64,000 bases of DNA from an uncultured Lachnospiraceae bacterium (GTDB lineage Bacteria > Bacillota > Clostridia > Lachnospirales > Lachnospiraceae): positions 6,488-70,487 of the forward strand of contig CAMJPM010000004.1 in the NCBI GenBank assembly GCA_946407725.1, written 5' to 3'. This document shows positions 35,857 to 44,143 of this stretch, one piece after another. Under the pieces are notes generated by a model. It was not told the origin of the DNA and did not search any database. It worked only from the letters and a program-made list of their open reading frames with translations. Every line of letters starts with the position of its first letter. Position 1 is the stretch's first letter. The position numbers and the translations under genes are program-made.

Positions 35857-37114
35857 GGAATTTATAAAGTTTATACCGGCGGTGCTTTTAGGTCTCTTAG
35901 TGATCATTGCGGCTTTATGTGCATTGCTGTGGTTTTATTTCCGGGGCTTCGGAAGCCGGGGAACCTTTCCGGTGTTAAAGTCCTTTGATATAAACGGCGA
36001 TCCCTTAAAGGCCGGACACGGCATATATGTGAGATACGGCGAGGGATATTATCTGCCGTTACACGAAACGGCAGCGCTTCTTTCCACAGAGGAGGAGTCC
36101 CATTTTAGGGTGTCATTTATAAGTGTCAGGCTTAAAGGCCGGGAGTATAGATATAATTTTCACGGGAGAGAGCTTTTTCTTGATGGAGAGAGGATTGAAG
36201 ATTGCGGAACAGCCTTTATGCTAAAGGAAGGCACGGTCTTTGTTTCCACGCCCTTTCTGGAAAAGGCGCTGTCCTGCAGGATATTTGAAGGCGGAGAGAA
36301 GGATAACAGGATCTTTATCTCCGACAGGATTTTTCCGGATACTGACTTTGACTATGACTGGGCGGAAAAGTCTCCCTACATTGCCCATGCTCTCGGAGGG
36401 ATAAAGGGCAGGGTCTACACCAATTCCCTGGAAGCCTTTGAGGAAAACTATAAAAGGGGCTTTAAGAATTTTGAAGCGGATCTGGAATACTCTTACGACG
36501 GGGAACTGGTTTTGATACACAGCTTTGAAAGAGCCACATTAAAGGAGCTTTTTAATCTGAATGTTCCTGCGGACAACCTGGAAACGCCCCTTACTACCGC
36601 GGAATTCAAGGCTTTGAAGATATACGGGAAATACACGCCCCTGACCTTTAAGGAGCTTCTCAGGCTTATGAAGGAACATCCGGATATGTACCTTATTCTT
36701 GACGGAAAATATAGTGACGGGGAAAATGTAAAAAGGGAATATGCTGATATAGTAAGGCTTGCCCGAGAAACGGATCCGGAACTGTTAAACCGTATGGTAC
36801 CACAGATCTATAATGAGAATATGTATGACTGGGTCATGGAGGCATACGGTTTTAAGTCCCTTATCTTTTCCTGGTATATGTACGGTTCGGCGGATCTTGA
36901 GCCGGAGCCCCTGTTTGATTTCTGCGGGGAGCGGGGAATAAAGGTATGTGCCATGAAGGATCCGCTGGAAAACGCCCTTCTGGATAAAGAAGCCTTCAGG
37001 AGAGGCTTATATGTATTTGTCTATACCATTAATGAAGAAAGAGACAGGGACAGGTTATTTAAGAACGGAGTAAAGGGGATATATACGGATCTCCTCTTTG
37101 AAGACGGCAGGTAA
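35840..37114 (+). CDS. Membrane-anchored divergent GDPD/PI-PLC-like domain protein, paralog 1
   Basis: N-terminal TM, then IAHALGGIKGRVYTNSLEAFEENYKRGFKNFEADLEYSYDGELVLIHSF (GDPD-like but HALG instead of HRG). VPQIYNENMYDW and GIYTDLL are shared with 51223-52128 and the C-terminus of 59720-62287. Confidence 0.6.
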   Translation: MKEKSKEFIKFIPAVLLGLLVIIAALCALLWFYFRGFGSRGTFPVLKSFDINGDPLKAGHGIYVRYGEGYYLPLHETAALLSTEEESHFRVSFISVRLKGREYRYNFHGRELFLDGERIEDCGTAFMLKEGTVFVSTPFLEKALSCRIFEGGEKDNRIFISDRIFPDTDFDYDWAEKSPYIAHALGGIKGRVYTNSLEAFEENYKRGFKNFEADLEYSYDGELVLIHSFERATLKELFNLNVPADNLETPLTTAEFKALKIYGKYTPLTFKELLRLMKEHPDMYLILDGKYSDGENVKREYADIVRLARETDPELLNRMVPQIYNENMYDWVMEAYGFKSLIFSWYMYGSADLEPEPLFDFCGERGIKVCAMKDPLENALLDKEAFRRGLYVFVYTINEERDRDRLFKNGVKGIYTDLLFEDGR

Positions 37115-37115
37115 A

Positions 37116-38945
37116 ATGAAGAAAATAAAGGATTTTCAGGACTTATTGCATAATAAACATATAGACCGGATATTATTTCTTGTTTTTCCGGTGCTTATTT
37201 TCTATTTTACACAGACAGCCATAGGAAGTGAGGGCATAAAGGATATAGAACCACAGCTTCTTTTACTTAATATACTGATCTTTGAAGCCTTCGCTTTTTT
37301 CTTCCTTGGTTTGACTGCCAGAATGAAGGCCGCCATAATTGCCGAAGAGATTATTTTCGGGGTCTTTGCGGTGGCAAACAGCTATGTGCGTATGTTCCGG
37401 GGAAGCTATATAATGCCCTGGGATTTTGTGGCCCTCCGGACCGCCGTGAATGTGGCCGGAAATTACGATTATGCCATGGATATAAATGCCAGGAACGCTC
37501 TTATAGGGCTTGTTGCGGTATTTATCGCAGCAGTGCTTCTTTTTACCGATGAAAAGCCGGAGCTTAAGCTCCCAAAACGTCTCGCATGTGTTTTACTTTC
37601 CGCAGTGTTTATCCTTGCCCTTGGAGCAGTGGTGTCAAATGAGGATACGGCAGAAGAACTCCGTCTCCATGACAGCAGGTTTTCTGTTACAAAAGCCTAT
37701 ACCAGTAACGGTATGATGCTGGGATTTATCTACAAATTGCAGAAGATATTTGTGGAAAAACCCGAGGGCTATTCAAAGGAAAAGGAGATGCTGATACTGG
37801 ATGACATTAATGTGGCGGAGGAACCGGATACGGAGGAACTGCCGGATATCATAGTCGTAATGAATGAAGCCTTTTCCGATCTGAAGGTTGACTGTGATTT
37901 TAACACGAATAAAGACTATATGCCCTTTGTACATTCCCTCAAAGGAGCGGAGAATACCATAACGGGATACGCCCATGTGTCGGTTCTGGGAGGACAGACC
38001 CCAAACAGCGAATTTGAGCTTTTGACGGGTAATACCATGGCGTTTTTGCCGGAAAACAGCATTCCCTTCCAGACCTTTGTGCGTAAGAGGATGGATGCCA
38101 TTCCCTGGCATCTGCAGGACTTCGGATATTTTAATCTGGCAATGCACCCCTATCACTCCAGCGGCTGGGACCGCACCATTGCCTGGCCTCTTCTCGGGTT
38201 CCAGGAATGCAGGTTCTTAACGGATTTTAACAAATACGATCCGGAGCTTAAAAAGGTAAGGAATTATATTTCTGATGAAGCCATGTATGACGTTCTTCTT
38301 GATAAGATGTCAAAAAGGGATGATCCGGAGCAGCCCATATTTGCTTTCAATGTGACAATGCAAAATCACTCTGGATACGGAAAAGACTATGATAACCTTC
38401 CTCATGAGATAAGCGTTGAAGGAGCGGAGAGCGCTGCCGGGGAAAATTCCGGCTCCCTTATAAATTACCTTAATCTTATTTATGAAAGCGACAAGGCCTT
38501 TGAAAAGCTTATTACCCGTCTTAAGGATGCGGATAGACCCACCATAGTGCTTTTTTACGGAGACCACCAGCCGGATCCCGAGGATGCGGAACCCATTTTT
38601 TCCATGAACGGAATTGACGTAAATAATCTTCCCCCCGAGTATGTGGTTAAGGATCATATGGTTCCTTTTGTGATCTGGGCGAATTATGACATTAAGGATG
38701 AAAGTAATGTGGATATCTCCCTTAATTATCTGGGAAACCGTCTGTTAAAGGAAGCGGGGATACCTCTTACCAGATACAGGACATACATAGAGACGTTCTC
38801 AGAGGAATATCCGGTGATATCATCCATTGGGGGAAAGCGTAAGGACGGCTCGGTGATAGGACTGAAGGAGCTCCGGGAAGAATTAAACGCTCTTTCTTCC
38901 ATGCAGTATTATGAGATGTTTGAGGATACGGATAATTATGAGTAA
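37116..38945 (+). CDS. LtaS-like sulfatase-domain transferase (5 TM + extracellular alkaline-phosphatase-fold domain), paralog 1
   Basis: PDIIVVMNEAFSD, GGQTPNSEFELLTG (candidate Thr nucleophile), FNVTMQNHSGY, FYGDHQP and VPFVIWANYDI. Confidence 0.8.
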   Translation: MKKIKDFQDLLHNKHIDRILFLVFPVLIFYFTQTAIGSEGIKDIEPQLLLLNILIFEAFAFFFLGLTARMKAAIIAEEIIFGVFAVANSYVRMFRGSYIMPWDFVALRTAVNVAGNYDYAMDINARNALIGLVAVFIAAVLLFTDEKPELKLPKRLACVLLSAVFILALGAVVSNEDTAEELRLHDSRFSVTKAYTSNGMMLGFIYKLQKIFVEKPEGYSKEKEMLILDDINVAEEPDTEELPDIIVVMNEAFSDLKVDCDFNTNKDYMPFVHSLKGAENTITGYAHVSVLGGQTPNSEFELLTGNTMAFLPENSIPFQTFVRKRMDAIPWHLQDFGYFNLAMHPYHSSGWDRTIAWPLLGFQECRFLTDFNKYDPELKKVRNYISDEAMYDVLLDKMSKRDDPEQPIFAFNVTMQNHSGYGKDYDNLPHEISVEGAESAAGENSGSLINYLNLIYESDKAFEKLITRLKDADRPTIVLFYGDHQPDPEDAEPIFSMNGIDVNNLPPEYVVKDHMVPFVIWANYDIKDESNVDISLNYLGNRLLKEAGIPLTRYRTYIETFSEEYPVISSIGGKRKDGSVIGLKELREELNALSSMQYYEMFEDTDNYE

Positions 38946-40398
38946 GCAGCCCTTTCATGAATGGGAGATCAGGCACGATCTTCTGAATAAAAGAGTAATA
39001 GACGGATTTCCTTACTGGAATTATATGAGAAAAGACATGTTTATGTCTTTTAATGACGAATATTCTGATGTGGAACCGGTGTTCTACAGGAATATGAAGG
39101 AGAGTGGAAAAGAGGGGCTTTTATCAAAAATTAAAAGGACATTTAAGCTCTTCCTGCCGGATAATCTGGATAAATTAAAAGAGAGCGGCATCATGTTTCT
39201 GTGCCACCCGAGACGCCAGAATATAGACGGGAAAATGGTAAGTATATATACGGATTTTATAGCGGATCATTTTCCGGATTCCGTCACCTATCAGAGGATG
39301 GGGCTCGGAAGGTATGAGACCGGCAGTATTTACAGCAGGAATATTGTTTTCGGGGACAAGATATGCATCAAAAGCTATATTTACAGATATGTGCAAAAGC
39401 TTATTAATCCGGGTAAATACAGGAGGATCCGTGACACCGTAAAAAAAGAGATGGCTGAGCCCTTTAGGGATCTGTCGGAAAACTGCGGCCTCCATCCGGA
39501 TATCAACGATTTTGCGGAACGGGCCGCAATATTGTATTTCCTTCATAAATTCAGAAAGCCAAGATACAGGGCAGTGCTTGAAAAAATAAAGCCCCGGGTG
39601 ATCGCTGAGGTGGTTGGGGGAAGCTTCGATTCCAAGATCTTTAACGAACTCGCATATGAGATGGGTATAGAAACGGTGGAGCTGCAGCATGGAACCGGAA
39701 CTATCACGGTCTGGTATCCCGATAACGTCACCATGCGGCAGTTTGCTAAATGGTACTTTACCTTCGGGGATTTCTGGACAAGGGGGATGAAAGCCCCGAT
39801 ACCGGAGGATCATGTGCTTTCCATGGGCTTCCCCTACCATGATATGCTGATGAAAGAATATCCGGCGGAAAAGAGGGAAAGAGATAAAAATTCCATAATC
39901 TTTTTATCCAGCAGAAAGTATGGGGAGGGATTATCGGAAGTCGCAGGAGAGTTAAAGCGCCTCTGTCCCGGGCTTAATATTATATATAAGCTCCATCCCA
40001 GGGAATATGCGGATTATAAGGAAAGGTATCCGGCATTGAAGAATTCGGGACTTACGGTAATAGACAATAACAAAGCTTCTCTTTACGGGCTTTTTTCCGG
40101 ATGCAGCATGCAGGTGGGGGTAGAGTCCACCGCGATCTATGAGGGCATGAGCTTCGGGCTTTCAACCTATATCTGGGACATACCTAAGGCTAAATTGATG
40201 AAGGATATTACAGACAGGGGCTACGGGAAGCTGTTTAAGGATGCATCCGCCCTTGCCGCCCTTATTGAAGAAAGGAGCGGCACCGGTGGAGGCTATGACA
40301 TAAATGATCTCTTCAAGGAAAACTCCCTTGATAATATGGTTAAAGGCATCAGAAAGATTGCAGGGCAGGTTTCTAAGGATAATGGAACAGAAGGATAA
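38938..40398 (+). CDS. Uncharacterized GT-B-like transferase with HG...HP motifs (TagB/TagF- or polysialyltransferase-like)
   Basis: VELQHGTGTI and IIYKLHPREY, followed by GVESTAIYEGMSFG. ATGAGTAA overlap with the upstream gene. Confidence 0.4.
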   Translation: MSKQPFHEWEIRHDLLNKRVIDGFPYWNYMRKDMFMSFNDEYSDVEPVFYRNMKESGKEGLLSKIKRTFKLFLPDNLDKLKESGIMFLCHPRRQNIDGKMVSIYTDFIADHFPDSVTYQRMGLGRYETGSIYSRNIVFGDKICIKSYIYRYVQKLINPGKYRRIRDTVKKEMAEPFRDLSENCGLHPDINDFAERAAILYFLHKFRKPRYRAVLEKIKPRVIAEVVGGSFDSKIFNELAYEMGIETVELQHGTGTITVWYPDNVTMRQFAKWYFTFGDFWTRGMKAPIPEDHVLSMGFPYHDMLMKEYPAEKRERDKNSIIFLSSRKYGEGLSEVAGELKRLCPGLNIIYKLHPREYADYKERYPALKNSGLTVIDNNKASLYGLFSGCSMQVGVESTAIYEGMSFGLSTYIWDIPKAKLMKDITDRGYGKLFKDASALAALIEERSGTGGGYDINDLFKENSLDNMVKGIRKIAGQVSKDNGTEG

Positions 40399-43270
40399 TA
40401 ATATTGTATCGGTTCAGGAGCCGCAGGGTTCCGGGCAGATGCATAATCTATTTTTGAATATGGAAAACAGGATAACGCGCCTTAATCCGTTTGCTGTATA
40501 CAGCATCCTTTTTTTGCTGCTTGCGCCTGTTGTGTTTTCGGAGTTTATTTTTAAGGATCTTTCCTTTGTGAACAGGGGGGACGGTTTTACCCAGCATGTA
40601 AGGGCGCTTCTCTATTATGGGAGATATTTAAGAGCCTTTATCTGGAATCTTATAAATAACCATAAGCTCATAGCGCCCCAGTGGGACTTCCGCATTGGAC
40701 ACGGTGCGGATATTCTTTCGGCTTTGCATTATTATGCTGTAGGGGATCCCCTTAACCTTCTTTCAGCAGTATTTCCGGACAAATACATAGGGTATTGCTA
40801 TACACTTATAAGTCTTCTGCGGGTCTATTTTGCGGGACTGTTCTTTTTATTTTTCAGCAATGAGATTTTTGAAGGGAAGAGCAAGAGGGCGGTAATGCTT
40901 GGAACCCTTTCCTTTGTTTTCGGATTTTTTGCGGTGAACGCCTCAGGGGCAAATGTTTTCGATGTGGACTACATCATGTATTTTCCGCTGCTTCTTTTAG
41001 GGCTTGAGCGGATAATAAGGGGAAAGAGGGGAACGGTTCTCACTATAGCAGTGTTTCTGGCCGGTATAGCAAATTTTGTCCTCTTCAGTGCCATCGGTAT
41101 TCTTATGGCCATGTATACTGTTCTGAGGCTCATTATGGAGTACAGAAAGGATCTCCCTAAAGGGGGAAGGGTTCTTTTGAAAACCGCCGGTTCTGTACTG
41201 CTTGGAGTGGGACTGGCGGGAGCGGTGCTTATCCCGGCAGGTTATTCTCTTTTTAATAACCCGAGGAGCGGAATGGTATACAAGGTACTGCCTTTTCTCC
41301 CGATGGATTATGTACTGGAGGTGCCTCCAAATCTTCTGTCGGGACGGGACGGTTCCTATGGCTTTATGGGCTTTATGCTGCCACTTCTGGTAATGTCCTT
41401 CGGAATGAAGGACAGGATCGTGGTTTTCCTCAGAAGGATGCTCATATTCCTGTGGATAATGTTTTTTATCCCGGAATTCAGTAACATCGTGAACTTCTTT
41501 TCCGGATATGAGAGGAGATGGACATTCCTTTTTTCAATTCTTTATTCCTGTATTCTGATCTGTGTATGGGACAGCTGTGGGGAAATAACGAAAAAACAGC
41601 TTATTATTGCGGCCATTGTTCAGTTTATCGACCTTATTCTCTGTATCCTGCCTGGGAGCATTGATTATGTGATAATAACCGGACATGTTGCAACGGCGTT
41701 CTTTATGCTGCTTTTATATGTGACGGTTCTTAAGCCGGGGCGGAAATCTGAGCCCTGTAATGGCGGGATACTTTTAAGTGCCGGGGTGATACTTGTAATA
41801 ATAGCCTCAAACATTTCCATGCTGCATCTGGAAATAGAGGACGGGAGATACAGGAAGGCCGGGAGCCTTTTTGAAAGGCTATGTGCCAATGAGTCCTCCC
41901 TTATGTTAAATGAACTTAAGGGAAATACCGGCGGTTTTAATAAGTACAGCGGGAACATTGCGTCAAACGGCAGCACCACCGCGGGTCTTTCATCTACCTC
42001 CTATTACTGGTCAAACTTCAGTCCGGAAAGCCTGTATTTAAGGAATGATATGGAGGTCATGGAATTTCTGGTGGTGGATCAGTCGGGATATGACCACAGG
42101 TCTGTCATAAGCGAAGTCACCGGTTGTAATTATTATATCACGGATGAGGATCCGGCCCGTATTCCCTATGGCTACGATTACGTGACGGAGGCCGATATTA
42201 ATGAGGATTTAAGGAAATATGAGGGGGATGTGAAGGAGAAGATAAAAACCCTCTACAGGAATAATGATCCGCTGCCCTTCGGATATACCTACGATAATTA
42301 CCTCCCCTATTCCGAATTTAAGAGTGCCGGGGTATTTAACCGGGAGCAGAGCATGCTGACAAATGTGATCCTGAATGATGAAGAGCTCCCCGGGAGCTTT
42401 GAAAAGGGAGAGATAAAGGACAATGTGACGGAAATACCCTTTAAGCTTTCCGCTTCAGACGATATAATCATTGACGGAAACAGATTTATTGTTTATGAAC
42501 CTTATGCGAAGCTGAATATCGAATTTGAACCATCCACGGATATGGAAGCAGGTATGGAATTAAGGAATATAAGGTTTAAGCCCTTAAGGAACATAGACAG
42601 ATATTTCGGCGACAAGCAGGAGTATGACCCGCAGGGAAGGTTTTTGAAATCCGATCTGAAAAAAATGTCCCCCGGGCTTATATTTAAAATGCTGTGGGAT
42701 GATTTCAGTTCCCTTGGTACCTTTACCCAGGCGAGATTTGATTTTTATTACGGGAATGAGGAAAAGAGATTTGTCCAGAAAACCGAATATGAAAAACAGT
42801 TTAACCATAGATATGATGTGGTGCTGAATCTGGGCTTCACCGGAACGGATTCCGTAAAATTAAGCTTTTTGAAGCCGGGTGTATATGAATTTGACCTGGG
42901 GGTATATAATACTTCCTTTGAAGAATACACCCGGGATGTGGATAGATTAAAGGAATACGTGCTGGAAGGCGTTAATTTCGGGATTGATGAAGTAAGTGGA
43001 AATATTGATCTTCCGGAAAAGAAGCTATTGTTCCTCTGTCTTCCTTACGCAGAAGGGTGGAAGGCCTATGTGGACGGAGAAGAGACCCGGATCATGAAAG
43101 CGCATGTCATGTATTCCGCTATAGCGCTTGATGAGGGGCATCATGACATCGTCCTTAAATATCATACTCCCATGAGCCGCGCGGGATGGATAGTGACAAT
43201 ATTTTCATCAGTTCTGTTTTTGGTTTATTATGTCTGGCAGGACTTTGTACAAAGGAAATTAAATGGATAA
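40382..43270 (+). CDS. YfhO-family GT-C-type membrane protein, paralog 2
   Basis: GDGFTQHVRALLYYGRYL and WDFRIGHGADILSALHYYAVGDPLNLLSAVF parallel 13084-15897. Terminal TM. The start is uncertain (40382 or downstream ATGs). Confidence 0.8.
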   Translation: MEQKDNNIVSVQEPQGSGQMHNLFLNMENRITRLNPFAVYSILFLLLAPVVFSEFIFKDLSFVNRGDGFTQHVRALLYYGRYLRAFIWNLINNHKLIAPQWDFRIGHGADILSALHYYAVGDPLNLLSAVFPDKYIGYCYTLISLLRVYFAGLFFLFFSNEIFEGKSKRAVMLGTLSFVFGFFAVNASGANVFDVDYIMYFPLLLLGLERIIRGKRGTVLTIAVFLAGIANFVLFSAIGILMAMYTVLRLIMEYRKDLPKGGRVLLKTAGSVLLGVGLAGAVLIPAGYSLFNNPRSGMVYKVLPFLPMDYVLEVPPNLLSGRDGSYGFMGFMLPLLVMSFGMKDRIVVFLRRMLIFLWIMFFIPEFSNIVNFFSGYERRWTFLFSILYSCILICVWDSCGEITKKQLIIAAIVQFIDLILCILPGSIDYVIITGHVATAFFMLLLYVTVLKPGRKSEPCNGGILLSAGVILVIIASNISMLHLEIEDGRYRKAGSLFERLCANESSLMLNELKGNTGGFNKYSGNIASNGSTTAGLSSTSYYWSNFSPESLYLRNDMEVMEFLVVDQSGYDHRSVISEVTGCNYYITDEDPARIPYGYDYVTEADINEDLRKYEGDVKEKIKTLYRNNDPLPFGYTYDNYLPYSEFKSAGVFNREQSMLTNVILNDEELPGSFEKGEIKDNVTEIPFKLSASDDIIIDGNRFIVYEPYAKLNIEFEPSTDMEAGMELRNIRFKPLRNIDRYFGDKQEYDPQGRFLKSDLKKMSPGLIFKMLWDDFSSLGTFTQARFDFYYGNEEKRFVQKTEYEKQFNHRYDVVLNLGFTGTDSVKLSFLKPGVYEFDLGVYNTSFEEYTRDVDRLKEYVLEGVNFGIDEVSGNIDLPEKKLLFLCLPYAEGWKAYVDGEETRIMKAHVMYSAIALDEGHHDIVLKYHTPMSRAGWIVTIFSSVLFLVYYVWQDFVQRKLNG

Positions 43271-43341
43271 AAGCTTATTCCTTACGGGGTAAGGTAGCGT
43301 TGAAGATAAACATTACCAGCTCCCGGCAAGAAATCACAACA

Positions 43342-43380
43342 GTATCTATTCAGAACCCCTTCGGGATTCTGAATAGATAC
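43342..43380. repeat. 17-bp hairpin made of two abutting copies of the GTA(A/T)CTATTCAGAACCCC motif
   Basis: GTATCTATTCAGAACCCC-ttc-GGGATTCTGAATAGATAC, 72 nt after the YfhO-2 stop. No U-tract on either strand. Confidence 0.7.
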
Positions 43381-43383
43381 GTG

Positions 43384-43474
43384 CATTTGGCCAATTAAAT
43401 TTTGCTTCGCAAAATGGGCCAAATGCCGAAAAGTCAAGGTTTATCATACGCAATTTGCAGTAAATGCAAATTGC
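43384..43474. other. Two further strong hairpins
   Basis: CATTTGGCC...GGCCAAATG enclosing ATTTTGC/GCAAAAT (43384-43425). GCAATTTGCA-gtaaa-TGCAAATTGC (43450-43474). Confidence 0.55.
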
Positions 43475-43608
43475 TGTACTGAACAGTTACATCACAACAA
43501 ATATATGGAGAAAATTTGACAAAAAAATATCGCCATTTGGCGGTTTATCAAAGATCACGTCCTATTTAGCTGTCAAAGTACCATTAAAGAGGATGGCAAA
43601 AGAGAAAT

Positions 43609-43637
43609 TTGACCGTATCATAGAACTGTGATACGAT
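43609..43637 (+). promoter_or_regulatory. Candidate sigma-A promoter TTGACC-17-(TGa)TACGAT
   Basis: -35 at 43609-43614, TG at 43629-43630, -10 at 43632-43637. A + strand terminator follows about 270 nt downstream. Confidence 0.3.
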
Positions 43638-43910
43638 AAACGTCAAGCTATGTATGGTTTGGCTGAAGCTTTTAAGCTAATGTGCTGAAAGACGATCCTG
43701 AAAAATCAGGAGGCGCTTTTGATAATTAAATACGGGTGGTCACCCGATGGAGTTCGCACCTCCACCGGGCTTGATATAGGCAGGTACAATCTGCCACACC
43801 AAACGGTTTTCTCCGCAACGCACCACGGGCTTATTGTAACCCATTCTTTTGGGGTTTACAAGAACCCGGGGTTGCGTTGCGGTAGATTATTCATTTTTAT
43901 CTGTTGCCTT

Positions 43911-43954
43911 GGCGGATGCAGGTGTGGAGACATGCACTGTGTCCGCCTTTTTAT
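43911..43954 (+). terminator. Intrinsic terminator-like hairpin with U-tract
   Basis: GGCGGATGCAG (43911-43921) pairs with CTGTGTCCGCC (43937-43947, two G-U pairs), followed by TTTTTAT. Confidence 0.5.
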
Positions 43955-44065
43955 GTACAAAAGGAAGGAGAATAAGAGCAGGTGGGTTGGGCTTTCGCTC
44001 ACGGGCAAAAAGCCTGCTAACGTCACGCTTATAAGTGGTACAAGCGAGTAAAGATGTCTGCGGCA

Positions 44066-44101
44066 CATTTACCGCTTGAAGTCAGTGGTTTTAACCTATA
44101 G
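44066..44101 (+). repeat. Copy B (partial) of the hairpin repeat
   Basis: CATTTACCGCTT (44066-44077) and AACCTATAG (44093-44101) match 47318-47329 and 47341-47349 with similar spacing (15 vs 11 nt). Confidence 0.45.
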
Positions 44102-44143
44102 CTTGGAAAATAACCATAAAAAAGCACGGAAGGGAGAAAAAAG

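Noticed and set aside
43700-43900. c-di-GMP (GEMM-I/II) riboswitch upstream of the secreted PPC protein
   Set aside because: I looked for the conserved GGCAAACC / GACGCAAAGCC (class I) or ACGCAC...CCGACC (class II) cores and did not find them. Only superficial CGCAC matches are present.
43719-44051. 110-aa + strand ORF with AGGAGG and a TTG start (plus overlapping ORFs 43849-44034 and 43856-44068)
   Set aside because: The product is Cys/Arg/Gly-rich and not protein-like. The ORF runs through a terminator-like hairpin (43911-43954) and through long RNA stems, so I treat the region as non-coding or structured RNA. Translation is not strictly excluded.
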